Origin: a virus
Virus record (IMG/VR): IMGVR_UViG_3300027816_000057
DNA length: 64,000 bases
Direction: 5' to 3' (one strand)
Below the pieces are notes generated by a model. That model did not search any database, was not told the DNA's origin, and saw only the letters and a list, made by a program, of their open reading frames with translations. The translations under genes and the position numbers were made by a program. Positions 26,149 through 37,216 of this stretch are shown piece by piece; within the stretch, counting starts at the first letter, position 1; every line of letters starts with the position of its first letter.

Positions 26149-26715
26149 ATGATTAATACTCATAAGTTAAGTGAAATTTATAGCTTTGTTCGATACGTTC
26201 ACGGTAATCAATTTAGAGATGACGACAGTTATTATCTAAATCATCTCACTTGGGTAGCAGATAGTTCTTCTCAATTTATGGGTGTTCATAATAAATATTA
26301 CTCTTTTGAGCAATATCTTTACGCTTCCGCTGTGGGTTATCTCCATGATTTTTTTGAAGACTGCCCTCATCATTTGCTTCAGCATATTGAATTAGATGAT
26401 TTTATCTTGGAAAATATGAGGATTTTAACTAACGATAAACACAAATCGCTAGAAGAGAGAACTTTAGAGTTTGGGCGGATCGCGGTTGTTGTAAAGGTTT
26501 TTGACCGTATACATAATCTTCAATCCTGCGTAGGAGTTTGGAAGCCGTCTCGTATCAGAAAGTATCTAGACAAATCCTATAGCTTCCTAGAGGCTTTAAA
26601 GAAACGGAATCAAGACTTTTTTCCCGAACAAGAGTTGCTTCTTCTTTTTCAATGGCAGCTAGATGTTGCTGAATTAGCCTTGGCTAAAATTAATTTAGAA
26701 AATTCTGTAAAATAG
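26149..26715 (+). CDS. HD-domain (p)ppGpp hydrolase-like protein (SpoT/Mesh1-type small alarmone hydrolase)
   Basis: HGNQFRDD..YLNH, LHDFFED and VKVFDRIHNL motifs. Confidence 0.8.
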   Translation: MINTHKLSEIYSFVRYVHGNQFRDDDSYYLNHLTWVADSSSQFMGVHNKYYSFEQYLYASAVGYLHDFFEDCPHHLLQHIELDDFILENMRILTNDKHKSLEERTLEFGRIAVVVKVFDRIHNLQSCVGVWKPSRIRKYLDKSYSFLEALKKRNQDFFPEQELLLLFQWQLDVAELALAKINLENSVK

Positions 26716-26921
26716 TCAAATTATTATAAGATATATAGACTACTGATTTAGAAAACGATTATCAAGGCAAAAGACATTTATCAATATAAGTTTATTATAT
26801 AATTGTTAATTAAATAGTATGAATATACTAAATAATTACTAATAATATACAAATACATTTATATCTGTTCCGTCTAACGGAACACAGATTAAAAATTCCT
26901 AAGTCTTAGATATAATTTCTT

Positions 26922-27212
26922 ATGGAAAAGAAGTACAGAATAAATACTGATATTTCCATTACTTATGAATTAGTTAATGGTGATATGATAGAATTGAATA
27001 TACCTATAATTGGTAATATCTATATTGATCAAGGAAGTTGGGATGATCCGCCGGAAAGCGAAGTGGAAGTAGTATATAATGGGACAGTAGAAGAATTAAA
27101 CGATCTTATTTCCTCTGAAATTGATAACGTTGGTCAGGAAGTAAGTATTGATAAAATTAATCAAATTATCCATGATTATGTTTGTGAAAATTGGGAAGAT
27201 GTAATTGAATAA
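26922..27212 (+). CDS. acidic hypothetical protein (leaderless)
   Basis: GATATAAT-N5-ATG. Confidence 0.65.
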   Translation: MEKKYRINTDISITYELVNGDMIELNIPIIGNIYIDQGSWDDPPESEVEVVYNGTVEELNDLISSEIDNVGQEVSIDKINQIIHDYVCENWEDVIE

Positions 27213-27491
27213 TTGCAGTAACCATAAACTAGTTTCTGCAGGAGAAGATATAGAAATAAAGGTTCTATGTCAAAAAACCACTCATGAATGTATAGTAACT
27301 TTTATTTATAAAGATTATACTATAATCAAAAAAATTAAATACGATTTATATATGTTCTATTCTGAAATAGTTGATGTAAAAATCACAACAAAAATTACAT
27401 ATAAAGAATGCCCGTCAGAATATTCATCTGAAAAAGATGTAGAGACGATTAACAGAATTATTTCCGATATAATTAATAACTATTACACTCC

Positions 27492-28040
27492 ATGATTTAC
27501 CAAGAAACAAAAAATAATAGCGTCCTTACGATTGATTTTGATAAGAATCCATTACATCCAAGAAAAGATCAAGATAATATTGGCGTAATTTATCAAATTG
27601 GATTAGATAGATACAACATTGGTGATAAAAAGATAACTTCCGAAGAGATGGAAGAAATAGCCAATAATCCAGATAATTATAGACTTCCGATATATTGCTA
27701 TATTCATAGTGGTATCACTATCTCTCACCGCCCTTTTAATGATAATTGGGATAGCGGAATGCTTGGATACATTGTTATCTCAAAAGAAATTTGCGAAAAA
27801 GAGGGTATTCCGTTTTCTGATAAGGATAGACTCGGAAAAATATGCTTAAATGAAATTAAAGAATATAATGCTTATTTAATCGGTATGGTATATCAATGGA
27901 CAATTAAAGACAATAACGACTGGATTGATAGTTGTGGAAGTTATACTTTCGAAGGTGACGCTATAACAGAAGGTGCCGATAGTTTTAATCGTTATCTAGA
28001 AGATAAAAGAGATGAAATTCTAGGCTATAAAGCAAATTAA
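27492..28040 (+). CDS. conserved hypothetical phage protein
   Basis: LPIYCYIHSGITIS..WDSG..G motif. Confidence 0.75.
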   Translation: MIYQETKNNSVLTIDFDKNPLHPRKDQDNIGVIYQIGLDRYNIGDKKITSEEMEEIANNPDNYRLPIYCYIHSGITISHRPFNDNWDSGMLGYIVISKEICEKEGIPFSDKDRLGKICLNEIKEYNAYLIGMVYQWTIKDNNDWIDSCGSYTFEGDAITEGADSFNRYLEDKRDEILGYKAN

Positions 28041-28069
28041 AAAATCAAATTGTGTCGATATAATACGAC

Positions 28070-28477
28070 ATGAACAACAATATGATTAACATTGTGTCTC
28101 ATGGCGGCATTCGTTTTAGCGATCGGTTTTTTGATATCCGTCGTTTTGCAGATACTTTCAATAATCTAAAGGAAGTATCGGGTCCGAAATCTACCGAAAA
28201 TTCTCCGGAATATATTTACTTTTGGTATCTTCGAAATTCTGGTATTGTTAATTTTCTTGAAGACGGAACTCTTTTTTTTAACTTTAATGTTAATAGCGGT
28301 GCTTTTACCGGTGATTCTCTTATGAATACGGTTAAGTATCTGAGCCGTTTTTGCAAGGAAAATTGTTTCCATGAAATGACGGTCGCCGGTTTGTCTGGTT
28401 CTCTTATGAAGGAAAATCGTATTCGTATTACCTTTGATCCGAATTCAAAGAAGTCCGGATATATTATTAAGAGGTAA
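28070..28477 (+). CDS. hypothetical protein (leaderless)
   Basis: GATATAAT-N5-ATG. Confidence 0.65.
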   Translation: MNNNMINIVSHGGIRFSDRFFDIRRFADTFNNLKEVSGPKSTENSPEYIYFWYLRNSGIVNFLEDGTLFFNFNVNSGAFTGDSLMNTVKYLSRFCKENCFHEMTVAGLSGSLMKENRIRITFDPNSKKSGYIIKR

Positions 28478-28633
28478 ATTTTTTATGCGTCCAATTAATG
28501 ATCCAGTTACTGTAGAAGAACTAAGAAAATACAAAGAAGAAGTTCGTGACGCTATTAAATTTCTTACAAAAGCAATGATTCTTTTAGCTGAAAAGGTTGA
28601 ATATTTAGAGTCCATTACGGGAGCAGATAGATA

Positions 28634-29137
28634 ATGCTAGTACCTATTCCAATCGAAGTACACCCAAAGGTTAGACCTTATTCTGATCTTAAAGATATCT
28701 TTACTCCAGAAGAATACCAACAAGAAATAAAAGAATCTTTTACTTCAAATCCTATAGATGGTTATACTGGCTATTATTGGGATAATATGTCTTATCAGAA
28801 TCGTGACGATTTAGAATATTTTGGTTTTTTGAATTTTTCTATAAAAGACCCTGAAAAACGGAATTCTCATTTTAATTTCTTTGGTAAATTAGGACGCGGT
28901 TACGGCTCCGTAGATTCTATCGAACAATTTGATAAAAAGTTTCGAAATATTTTAGAAAAATCAGATCGTAAACTTATTGTTACATTCAGAGAAATAGATA
29001 AAAAAGAAGATGGTTACTATCGTTTCCATAAAAACGGTCCTTATCTTGGCGATTGTATTCGTGAAGAATGGGAATATCTTAAAGACGAACCAAATCTAGG
29101 TAATATATTCCAATTTAATATTTATATAGTAAAATGA
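28634..29137 (+). CDS. hypothetical protein
   Basis: YRFHKNGPYLG motif. Confidence 0.7.
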   Translation: MLVPIPIEVHPKVRPYSDLKDIFTPEEYQQEIKESFTSNPIDGYTGYYWDNMSYQNRDDLEYFGFLNFSIKDPEKRNSHFNFFGKLGRGYGSVDSIEQFDKKFRNILEKSDRKLIVTFREIDKKEDGYYRFHKNGPYLGDCIREEWEYLKDEPNLGNIFQFNIYIVK

Positions 29138-29266
29138 GTAGAACAAATAAAAACTCCTCAAATAGAGACGAATACTGGTCGCCTAGACCAAATAAATATT
29201 TCTCTAAGCCGGGAAAGAAAACTAAAAAATACACACATAAAATAGAACGAAGAAAAGGTAAAATTA

Positions 29267-29494
29267 ATGATAAATCCAATTACGATTAATAATAAATCCA
29301 CCGATCATGATTTTATCAGATACGGATATTTTGACGCTATTTTAGGATTAGGTCAGGCCACGGTTGAAAAACTTCGTTTTAATCCTACAAATAGACAGCG
29401 TAAAGCTTATACATTAGGATATCTTCAAGCGGATACTATGATTACCGGTTTAGTATCGAAAATAGGACTAGAGTTAGTTAACAATGAAGACTAA
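29267..29494 (+). CDS. hypothetical protein
   Basis: GYFDA..G...AYTLGY, weakly RMF-like. Confidence 0.55.
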   Translation: MINPITINNKSTDHDFIRYGYFDAILGLGQATVEKLRFNPTNRQRKAYTLGYLQADTMITGLVSKIGLELVNNED

Positions 29495-29700
29495 TATCGA
29501 AAAAGCTGTTTGGTATTATACCTATTGGATTATAGATTCATATTTAGCTGATATAACTATTGAAGTTATTTCTATTGAAAATGAATTAAAAGTGGGAGAT
29601 AAGATAACTCTCTCTAGAGGCGAACGCTTTATTCGTAAAATTATTTACGATGACGATAATCATCCGCCGATTGTAGTTACTAAATTTAAGGATACTAAAA

Positions 29701-30033
29701 ATGGGTTATAATAGTCTTGTTTTAATTCAAAATGATTATGTCCACCAGCTTTCCCATTCTGCGGAAGATTTTGTGGATAGACTTCAAGTGAAATTAAGCG
29801 GCGGTTTTAATTACGAGTCCCAAAATCAAGTATGCCAAGGTGTTTATGTAGTCCATTGCGATCATATGGATATGCATAAAGCATACATTGTTGGGTCAAA
29901 TGATTGTGTAGGTATTCCGGGCGGTCTGATGCATGTAGGAAGAACTAGTAAAACTGATGAAGAGTTAAATATTGAAATGCTAAAATCAATGGCAGACGCG
30001 ATAGGATATCGAATTGTAAAAAAGAGCAAGTAA
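29701..30033 (+). CDS. hypothetical protein
   Basis: AAGGA SD. Confidence 0.65.
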   Translation: MGYNSLVLIQNDYVHQLSHSAEDFVDRLQVKLSGGFNYESQNQVCQGVYVVHCDHMDMHKAYIVGSNDCVGIPGGLMHVGRTSKTDEELNIEMLKSMADAIGYRIVKKSK

Positions 30034-30261
30034 TTACTATGTCAATTCTAATTGATTATCATAAGAACGGCGTTTATACTGCTTTTGACGATAGATCAAA
30101 AAAATATGAAGTTGTTTCAAGTAATTTATATGAAATACCTAAAATTTTACGCCAAAAAGGATATAATAGCATAGAGTATTCTCCGTTAGTAATTGAATTA
30201 CTCTTTGGTGAATGGCAATTTATAAAAGGAAAAAGAGTTTTAATAGATCAGGAGTTAAACC

Positions 30262-30453
30262 ATGTTTGAAAAAGATCGTGATTATAACGCAGACTATGAT
30301 GATAGTATTCCAGATCCGCTTGAAGAAGAAAATCCCATAGAAGATGATGATTACGATGATGATCTAGACGAAGATTATGATGATTACTTAGAAGATTACG
30401 AAGATGACGATTATGATGATGAAGATGACGACGAAGAACTAGAAACAAAATAA
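30262..30453 (+). CDS. hyperacidic 63-aa protein
   Basis: AGGAG SD; D/E/Y-rich low complexity. Confidence 0.7.
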   Translation: MFEKDRDYNADYDDSIPDPLEEENPIEDDDYDDDLDEDYDDYLEDYEDDDYDDEDDDEELETK

Positions 30454-30630
30454 ATAATATGCACTTATTTTTATCGTTTTTATTTGCGTTTTTTGCTTTT
30501 ATTTGTCACGTTTTTTGTAAAAAAACAGAAAATGATAATGACTATTTAACTGCGGTTCCATATGTATTTTGTTGGTGGTTTAGATTTGGCTTTGCGGTTC
30601 TGTCGATTATAGCTTTAGGAGTAGTTCTTT

Positions 30631-30900
30631 TTGGAACGTAATAAAATCACAAAACCTTGTTTTGCATTAGCTATGAAAATCTTTGAACTAAGATTTATCG
30701 AAGCATTTAATAAACACGGTTTTGATACTCATGTTTCTTTTCATGAGACTCTAGGTGATCTTACAGAAGAATATCATGAATTCGTGGAAGCTGTTAAAGG
30801 TAAAAGCGAAAGAGATAAGATTTATGAGTTAGCCGATGTTGCTATTGCTGCCATTTGGGGCATAGCAAGTGCTTATCAAAATATAGAAGATCAAGAATAA
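30631..30900 (+). CDS. MazG-like all-alpha NTP pyrophosphatase
   Basis: EEYHEF...ELADV motif. Confidence 0.6.
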   Translation: MERNKITKPCFALAMKIFELRFIEAFNKHGFDTHVSFHETLGDLTEEYHEFVEAVKGKSERDKIYELADVAIAAIWGIASAYQNIEDQE

Positions 30901-30915
30901 CGTTTTAACAAAATT

Positions 30916-30988
30916 TGCGGGAGGCTAGGCCGGGTGGTCTGGTGAGTCTCATAAACTTGCAACTTGGGTTCGAGTCCCAATCCCGCTA
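30916..30988 (+). tRNA. tRNA-Met/Ile2(CAT)
   Basis: GCGGGA/TCCCGC; anticodon loop CTCATAA; T arm TTGGG-TTCGAGT-CCCAA; atypical D arm. Confidence 0.8.
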
Positions 30989-30990
30989 TT

Positions 30991-31269
30991 ATGGATATTA
31001 ATGTAAAAATAGAACCAAGTGAAGGTGTAAAAAAATATTCTTTTGAAGATATTCTTAAAGAACCCGGTATTTACCAACAAATAGTTTTTGCAGGATCTGC
31101 TGGAATTTTTATTAATGCTGGCAACTGCATATATTATACTGATAGCTGTAAAAACAAATTTTACTCTATTGATGGCAGAAGCTATATGAAAGAGATTTGG
31201 GATAAACCGGATATATTTTTTGAGAAATTAAATTCAAAAACACTCACGGTCACTTTTAAATTCGATTAA
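30991..31269 (+). CDS. small beta-rich paralog family member
   Basis: MDINV...PGIY...FFEKL; ATG 2 nt after the tRNA. Confidence 0.7.
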   Translation: MDINVKIEPSEGVKKYSFEDILKEPGIYQQIVFAGSAGIFINAGNCIYYTDSCKNKFYSIDGRSYMKEIWDKPDIFFEKLNSKTLTVTFKFD

Positions 31270-31314
31270 AAAACCAATCGACGGCGATATAATATATTAT
31301 CAAGGAGATATTAC

Positions 31315-32316
31315 ATGGCTCACGGAATTGAATACTTTGATAAAGTGGTATCGCGTCACGGGACAGAATGGCACGGTAAAGCTATCCATGTTAACGAAGA
31401 TATGGATGTGCATCGTGCCGCTAAGGAAATTAGGCTTGATCAGTGGTCTATTCTAGAAGAACCTATTGAATATAAAGGTAAGAAAGTTGATGGACATAAA
31501 CTTCTAGTCTGCTCAGATAATAATCATGTTATTTCTGTTGTAGGTGCAAAGTATCGCCCCGTTCAGCCTAAAGAAATTATTGATTTCATTAGTGATTTGA
31601 CTGTGGATAAAAATGTCGCTAAGGTTACTTCGGCTGGTACTTTTTGGAATCGTGAGGACGTTGTTTTTAGCGTCGAAATTCCCCGTGAATATAGGGTTAA
31701 TAATGACGAAATGCGTCCTTATCTTTTGGTTTCAAACAATAATGCTGCGAAGCGTAAGTTTGTTGTAGGTTTTACCGCTACTCGTGTAATCTGTAATAAT
31801 ACTCACAAGATTGCTCTGAGAGAACTGAAGGGTAGCAGGTATTATTCTATGAAGCATACTGAGGGTCTTGGTAGTCGAATTCAGGACGTTCGATTGGCTT
31901 TGGAACTTGGTATTAAGGCTTTTGATAACATGGATGAAGAAATGCATAAGATGATTTCCGTCGTCGATCCTACGGTAATCAAATCTTATTATGATGAAGT
32001 GGTTCCCCTGCCAAATAAGCCAGCTAATGCTAGCGGAACTAGTTTAAAGAGATGGGAAACCAAAGTGGAAAAGGCTCGTGAATCACGAGTTAAAATGAAT
32101 CAACGAATGATGTACGAAAGCGATACTCTAAAGCAGAAGCCTAATCTTTGGCTTGCGTATAACAGTGTAAATTGGTACAACGAGAATCATTCTCGTATTA
32201 ATCAAGAAGATGATTACAGTCTCAATCGTCCGTTTAGTATTGCTCTTGGTCGTATTGGCGAACTTAATATCGATGCTTATGATGCTGCGTATGACATGAT
32301 GTTAGCTAACGCTTAA
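31315..32316 (+). CDS. DUF932 / TIGR03299-like phage-plasmid protein
   Basis: WHG, VG.KY.PVQ and TRVICNNT motifs; AAGGAG SD; terminator at 32321-32352. Confidence 0.8.
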   Translation: MAHGIEYFDKVVSRHGTEWHGKAIHVNEDMDVHRAAKEIRLDQWSILEEPIEYKGKKVDGHKLLVCSDNNHVISVVGAKYRPVQPKEIIDFISDLTVDKNVAKVTSAGTFWNREDVVFSVEIPREYRVNNDEMRPYLLVSNNNAAKRKFVVGFTATRVICNNTHKIALRELKGSRYYSMKHTEGLGSRIQDVRLALELGIKAFDNMDEEMHKMISVVDPTVIKSYYDEVVPLPNKPANASGTSLKRWETKVEKARESRVKMNQRMMYESDTLKQKPNLWLAYNSVNWYNENHSRINQEDDYSLNRPFSIALGRIGELNIDAYDAAYDMMLANA

Positions 32317-32588
32317 ACCGATAGTCTAGATAGAAATATCTAGACTATTTTTATGCAATATCCAACTCTAGATGAAGTAAACAATGCTTCTCATGAACAA
32401 ATTTGTAGATTGTATAGATTTTTACCAACCCCAGCGTTTTATTCGCAAGAATCTTTCGATATACTAACTAGAGTTTGCGAAAGGCTTAAAGAATTTGGTG
32501 GTTTTACTCCCGAAATTTCTAAGAAAATTGGATTTCAATTATGAATTGATAATTGCCTTAAAAAATTACAATCTTAGATATAATATTT

Positions 32589-33206
32589 ATGAGCCGCAGT
32601 CTATACTATTTTGAAACTCTCGTTAAAACTAAATCATCTGCTGATTGGCTAGCGTGGGGACTTTTCCCTAATGCTAAAGAAATCACAGAATCTTTAGGCT
32701 GTTTTGAGGCCGTTGCTCAAAATATTGATGAAGATTTTAATAATGACAAAGTTAATTTGGTAGTCATTGGCGACGGTAGCACCCCTAGAACCGCCGCTGT
32801 ATTTGCTACTAGAACAAAGTGGAATTGTTATAGTGTTGATCCTGAAATGAGGGATCGACCTTGGGATTCTATGATCGGTCGTCTTAAAACGTTTAAATCA
32901 AAGATACAGGATGTTCCTCTAGATTTAAACGGTCCTACTATCTTAGTGTTTCCTCATAGCCATGTTAAAATTAATGACGCTATTAAAAATTTGAAAGTTA
33001 ATGGTCCATTGCATATAATGGCTATGCCGTGTTGTCTGCCTTTATATCTAAAAGGCTTTCCACACCATATCGAATATAACGATAATATGATTTGGTCCGA
33101 GAAGAATCTTATTAAAATTTGGAAGAATCTCAGCTTACAAGAAATAAAGGAAAAGAAACATGAAATTAACCCAAAAAGCAAGAAAGTTTCTAAGGCAGTG
33201 GATTAA
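32589..33206 (+). CDS. SAM-dependent methyltransferase-like protein (leaderless)
   Basis: VVIGDGSTPRTA, SVDP and PCC motifs. Confidence 0.55.
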   Translation: MSRSLYYFETLVKTKSSADWLAWGLFPNAKEITESLGCFEAVAQNIDEDFNNDKVNLVVIGDGSTPRTAAVFATRTKWNCYSVDPEMRDRPWDSMIGRLKTFKSKIQDVPLDLNGPTILVFPHSHVKINDAIKNLKVNGPLHIMAMPCCLPLYLKGFPHHIEYNDNMIWSEKNLIKIWKNLSLQEIKEKKHEINPKSKKVSKAVD

Positions 33207-33543
33207 AGATTTAGAGAGTGGCAATTTTAGACAGGCAAGATGTAAACTTAAAGATCAAAGAAATAAAGGTTATAATTATTGTTGTATTGGTGTAGCTGAA
33301 GTTTCGGCTAAAAAATGTGATCTAGTTAATGATGTTACTCATAATGTGAGCGGTGATTTACTTTCAGTACTTGCTGAAGAACCAGACGGTTATGATATCG
33401 TAAAGCATTTTTTGAATACTAAAAATCCAGAAATATCTATCAATAATATTGATACAAATTGTATTTCAGCTAATGATAGATATCTTTGCAATTTCAAGCA
33501 AATAGCACAAGGTTTGCGGGATAAATACAATGTTCGAGGTTAA
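33160..33543 (+). CDS. hypothetical protein (family with 54180 and 54533)
   Basis: W..DLESG.F.Q...L...YCCIG...ND..F..IA. Confidence 0.7.
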   Translation: MKLTQKARKFLRQWIKDLESGNFRQARCKLKDQRNKGYNYCCIGVAEVSAKKCDLVNDVTHNVSGDLLSVLAEEPDGYDIVKHFLNTKNPEISINNIDTNCISANDRYLCNFKQIAQGLRDKYNVRG

Positions 33544-34549
33544 AAACTATCGTCTGCGGCTAGTAGAACCATTAGTTAATTCAGACTTTCTTGATATAGC
33601 GTGGGTTAATGATTGGCCCTGCGTCGTAAAACGATCGCAGTATAAAACTGGTGATCTTGTTACTTATATTCCCTCCGATTCTATAGTTCCGGATGAATTG
33701 CTGGAACAAATTGGTCTTAAAGGGAAATTAAGTGGTAGCCGTAAAAACCGGGTAAAAGCTGTTAGACTAAGAGGCCAGTTTAGCTGCGGTTTGATTGTAG
33801 ATGTTCCTAACGGAACAGAAGAAGGCCAAGACGTAGCCGAGATTTTAGGTATTACAAAATACGAAGAACCTATTCCTGCTCAGCTTAGAGGAGTAGCAAG
33901 AAAACATCCTCCGTATTGGTTACATTATGATATCGAAAATATTAGAATGTATAATAGCTGGTTTGAAGAAGGTGAAAGCGTTGTTATAACTGAAAAAGTT
34001 CACGGATGTAATTGCTCGTTCTCTATTCATCTTTCAGATGAAAATGAAATCGTTTTTAGTGTATCATCTAGAAATATAACCTTAGAAGAATCTGATTCGA
34101 ATACATATTGGTCTGTTGCTAGAAAATATAACATTAAAGATTTCATGATGAAATCGTTTTCGCACCTTTTAAATAAAGGAGACGCGATATATTTGTATTG
34201 CGAAATTCTTAATACTCAGGATTTAAAGTATGGAATTCCAAATGGCGAGTTTGAAATCAGGTTCTTTGATCTCCGATTTAATTATAATTGGAGGTCTTTC
34301 TATGATCTTGCTTCATTTCTTGGAAATGATTATAAAACGGTTCCTGTTCTCTACGAAGGGCCGTTCTCAAAAGAAAAAGTATTAGAATATACTAATGGCA
34401 CTGAATTGATTAGCGGGCAACAACTTCATATCCGAGAAGGCTGTGTGGTTCGTCCGGTATTAGAAAGATATTGTGGACGCAATAGAGTCATAGCTAAATC
34501 AATTAGCGAGGACTATCTAACCAGACAAAATGGTACGGAGATGCATTAA
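33530..34549 (+). CDS. RNA ligase, DRB0094/Rnl2-type
   Basis: N-terminal OB-like domain (LRGQFSCGL); TEKVHG; REGCVVRP; KSISEDYL. Confidence 0.85.
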   Translation: MFEVKNYRLRLVEPLVNSDFLDIAWVNDWPCVVKRSQYKTGDLVTYIPSDSIVPDELLEQIGLKGKLSGSRKNRVKAVRLRGQFSCGLIVDVPNGTEEGQDVAEILGITKYEEPIPAQLRGVARKHPPYWLHYDIENIRMYNSWFEEGESVVITEKVHGCNCSFSIHLSDENEIVFSVSSRNITLEESDSNTYWSVARKYNIKDFMMKSFSHLLNKGDAIYLYCEILNTQDLKYGIPNGEFEIRFFDLRFNYNWRSFYDLASFLGNDYKTVPVLYEGPFSKEKVLEYTNGTELISGQQLHIREGCVVRPVLERYCGRNRVIAKSISEDYLTRQNGTEMH

Positions 34550-35037
34550 TGGGATTTCTCGTAGATATAGATGATGATCTAGGAATAGAGCTTCGTAGAA
34601 CATCTGTTATAATAAGTGATCTTTTTGATGAGTTAGAGGATAATCGCACTGCTAATATTTTTGCTTTTAGTAAATATAAAGTCGAAAATATAAATTCTCA
34701 AACAGTAGAAATAGGGGCATCAACTCTACTAAAATTAGTAGAGTATTTTTCTCTTGATATAAACTTGCAAGATTTAAAAAAGCGTGCAGAAAGAGATAGA
34801 ATTGAAACAAAAAATAACTCTAAAACAAATTAAATCTAATTTAGGATGGATTAAAAGAAAAGCGGAATTACACGAAATTAGATTTAAAGAAGAAGTAGAA
34901 AATTTAAACAATATTGTGAAAAATTCAGGTGCTAAGCCTATTAATTTAGATATGAATATTCGCCATATTTGTGCGTTATATAATAATTATCATGCATTAC
35001 TAGCGTCTGCTGCTATAATAGAAGGGAAAATGCTTTA

Positions 35038-35373
35038 ATGTATATTAACGAATCAAAATTAAAAAAGATTGGGGAAGTAGGAGTTGATGCAGGTTGTGTT
35101 TGGATTGGCGATCCTTGTTATGTTCTTCATAAAGACGAACCTTATCCAGCAATAGGTAAAAACTGGTCTGATTTTTGTGAAATTCTTGACAAGGATAATT
35201 TTTATAATAAAGGTTATTTATCTTTTGGTAATTTAGGTGCGTGTATCAGCACTGCATATGGAGATGGATCATACCCGATTTATATTCAATTTAATAGGGA
35301 TGGTAGACCTAGCAAAATTGTAATTGATTTTGAACCAACAGACGAAGATGAGGAAATCTATGACAGCAGATAA
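35038..35373 (+). CDS. DUF4241-like protein
   Basis: GVDAG..IGDPCY and TAYGDGSYP. Confidence 0.65.
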   Translation: MYINESKLKKIGEVGVDAGCVWIGDPCYVLHKDEPYPAIGKNWSDFCEILDKDNFYNKGYLSFGNLGACISTAYGDGSYPIYIQFNRDGRPSKIVIDFEPTDEDEEIYDSR

Positions 35374-36328
35374 AAAATTAATAAGCGATTTATCGTCTAT
35401 AGTAAGTAACGTAAACAGAGTCCAAGATCATATAGATGATTTAATGAAGCAAAATACAGCACTTAGATTTCCTAAGTCTATAATTAAATTAGAACTGTAT
35501 GAGGACGTAAAATATCCAGAACGTCGCTACGATAGTTATAATAGAACATATTATGATGATTTTACAACAGTAGAATTATGCGATAATATGATAACAAAAC
35601 TTGGCGAAAATCACGCCATTATGTTAGAAAGAAAAGACAAAAACGCGGCGGCTATTAAAAATAATCTAGAAGTTCTAGATAATGCTGTTAAATTTATGAC
35701 ATCATTAGGTTTAACTACAACTTATGGCGAATATAAAGGTTCCGGTAATCGTAGAAAATATGTCAGTTTAACATCTCCTTGGTATTCCTCTATACTTCAA
35801 CAAATTCCAACTGTTGATGGTTGGTATAGCTATGAATCAGCATATAAAATTAGAATGAAAGATATGCAAGATAAAAAAGAAAATATTATAAAGCAACAAA
35901 AAGAAAAAGAAGAAAAAGAAAAACGCGAAAAAGACACAAAAGAAAAAGAATTTGAATTAGCTAAATTAAAAGTAAAATATAATTTAGATGCGGAGGCGAA
36001 TGCTGATGATTTGTTAGATTCTATTTTATCTAAAAATAAATATCTATGTCTAGCTCATTATTTAGAGCTTAATAGAGAAGATTGGAATGACGGCTATGAT
36101 TATGCTCAAATGGGTATAGATAATTTTACAATTGATTCTGATTTAGATCAAAAAATATACAATAATATAACCTCTTATTTTGATGATTTTAGCGATGGTC
36201 GCGTTTTTAGAGATTGTGAATATAACTATAGTTTCTTGTATGGAATAGTAAAAGAACAAAATCAAGAATTGTATAATGATTATAAAACAGCTTTTGAACT
36301 TTTAAATTTTTTCAATCCGAGGTATTAA
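35360..36328 (+). CDS. hypothetical coiled-coil protein
   Basis: Long ORF; C-terminal DGRVFRDC motif. Confidence 0.75.
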   Translation: MTADKKLISDLSSIVSNVNRVQDHIDDLMKQNTALRFPKSIIKLELYEDVKYPERRYDSYNRTYYDDFTTVELCDNMITKLGENHAIMLERKDKNAAAIKNNLEVLDNAVKFMTSLGLTTTYGEYKGSGNRRKYVSLTSPWYSSILQQIPTVDGWYSYESAYKIRMKDMQDKKENIIKQQKEKEEKEKREKDTKEKEFELAKLKVKYNLDAEANADDLLDSILSKNKYLCLAHYLELNREDWNDGYDYAQMGIDNFTIDSDLDQKIYNNITSYFDDFSDGRVFRDCEYNYSFLYGIVKEQNQELYNDYKTAFELLNFFNPRY

Positions 36329-36958
36329 ATGGCAGGAAAAGGTGATACATATAGACCTGTAAACAAAAAAGTCTATAACGAAAACTACGATCATATATTT
36401 CGTAAAACTACTCTTTTAGTTACCGAAGCTAATGTGGATGCTATTTTAAAATTTTTGAAAATTAATTTTAATTATACCACAATAGTTCGTTATAACGATA
36501 AGGATCAAATAGAAGCGGGGATAGAAAGACCAGATAAATCATTAGTTGTAGGATACGGTATATCAACTAAAGAAAAAACGGGCACAAAAATTTTAATTGA
36601 ATCATGTCAAAACGCCGTAAATGAATTAGGATTAAAAGATGAGGAATCTTGAACTTGCTGTTTTGATATTCGAAAAATATAAAATAAATCAATACCTGTC
36701 AAGATGGAACGGGATAGATTTAGTAATGAAAGACAGTAAATATTATTTTGGTTTTGATAAACAATTTCTATTACCTATTCCTTATGAAACCGCCGAAGCC
36801 TATAGCACCGGTATGCTAACCGGCGAATTAATAGGAAGAGGATATCATTCATTTGAATGGGATTATGATTTCAATAGAGAGCTATTATTTTTAGATTTAT
36901 ACTCAAAAAAAAATAGTCGGACGTAATATGACAGAATGTTTATGTAGGGCAATTATAT

Positions 36959-37216
36959 ATGATGAAAGAAAAAATAAAACAACTTAAAAACGGCAAAATT
37001 TTTGGCTGCTCTTTTGTAAAACGTTCGGACGGAACTATCCGAAAAGGATCATTTAGATTTGGTGTTCATTCTTATCTTCATGGTGGTGGTCTAAAATACG
37101 ATCCCGAATCTAATAATCTTATTTCCGTATTCGATATGAATAAACTTGGATATAGAATGATTCCGGTTGATTCTATTGTAGAGATTAATTATAAAGGACA
37201 AAAATGGAAAGATTAA
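36959..37216 (+). CDS. SH3/WYL-like beta-barrel protein
   Basis: FVKRSDGTIR...VFDM..GYRMIP. Confidence 0.6.
   Translation: MMKEKIKQLKNGKIFGCSFVKRSDGTIRKGSFRFGVHSYLHGGGLKYDPESNNLISVFDMNKLGYRMIPVDSIVEINYKGQKWKD

Noticed and set aside
30248-30448. His-rich minus-strand ORF and other antisense ORFs in the track
   Set aside because: They are shadows of + strand genes with no promoter or SD.
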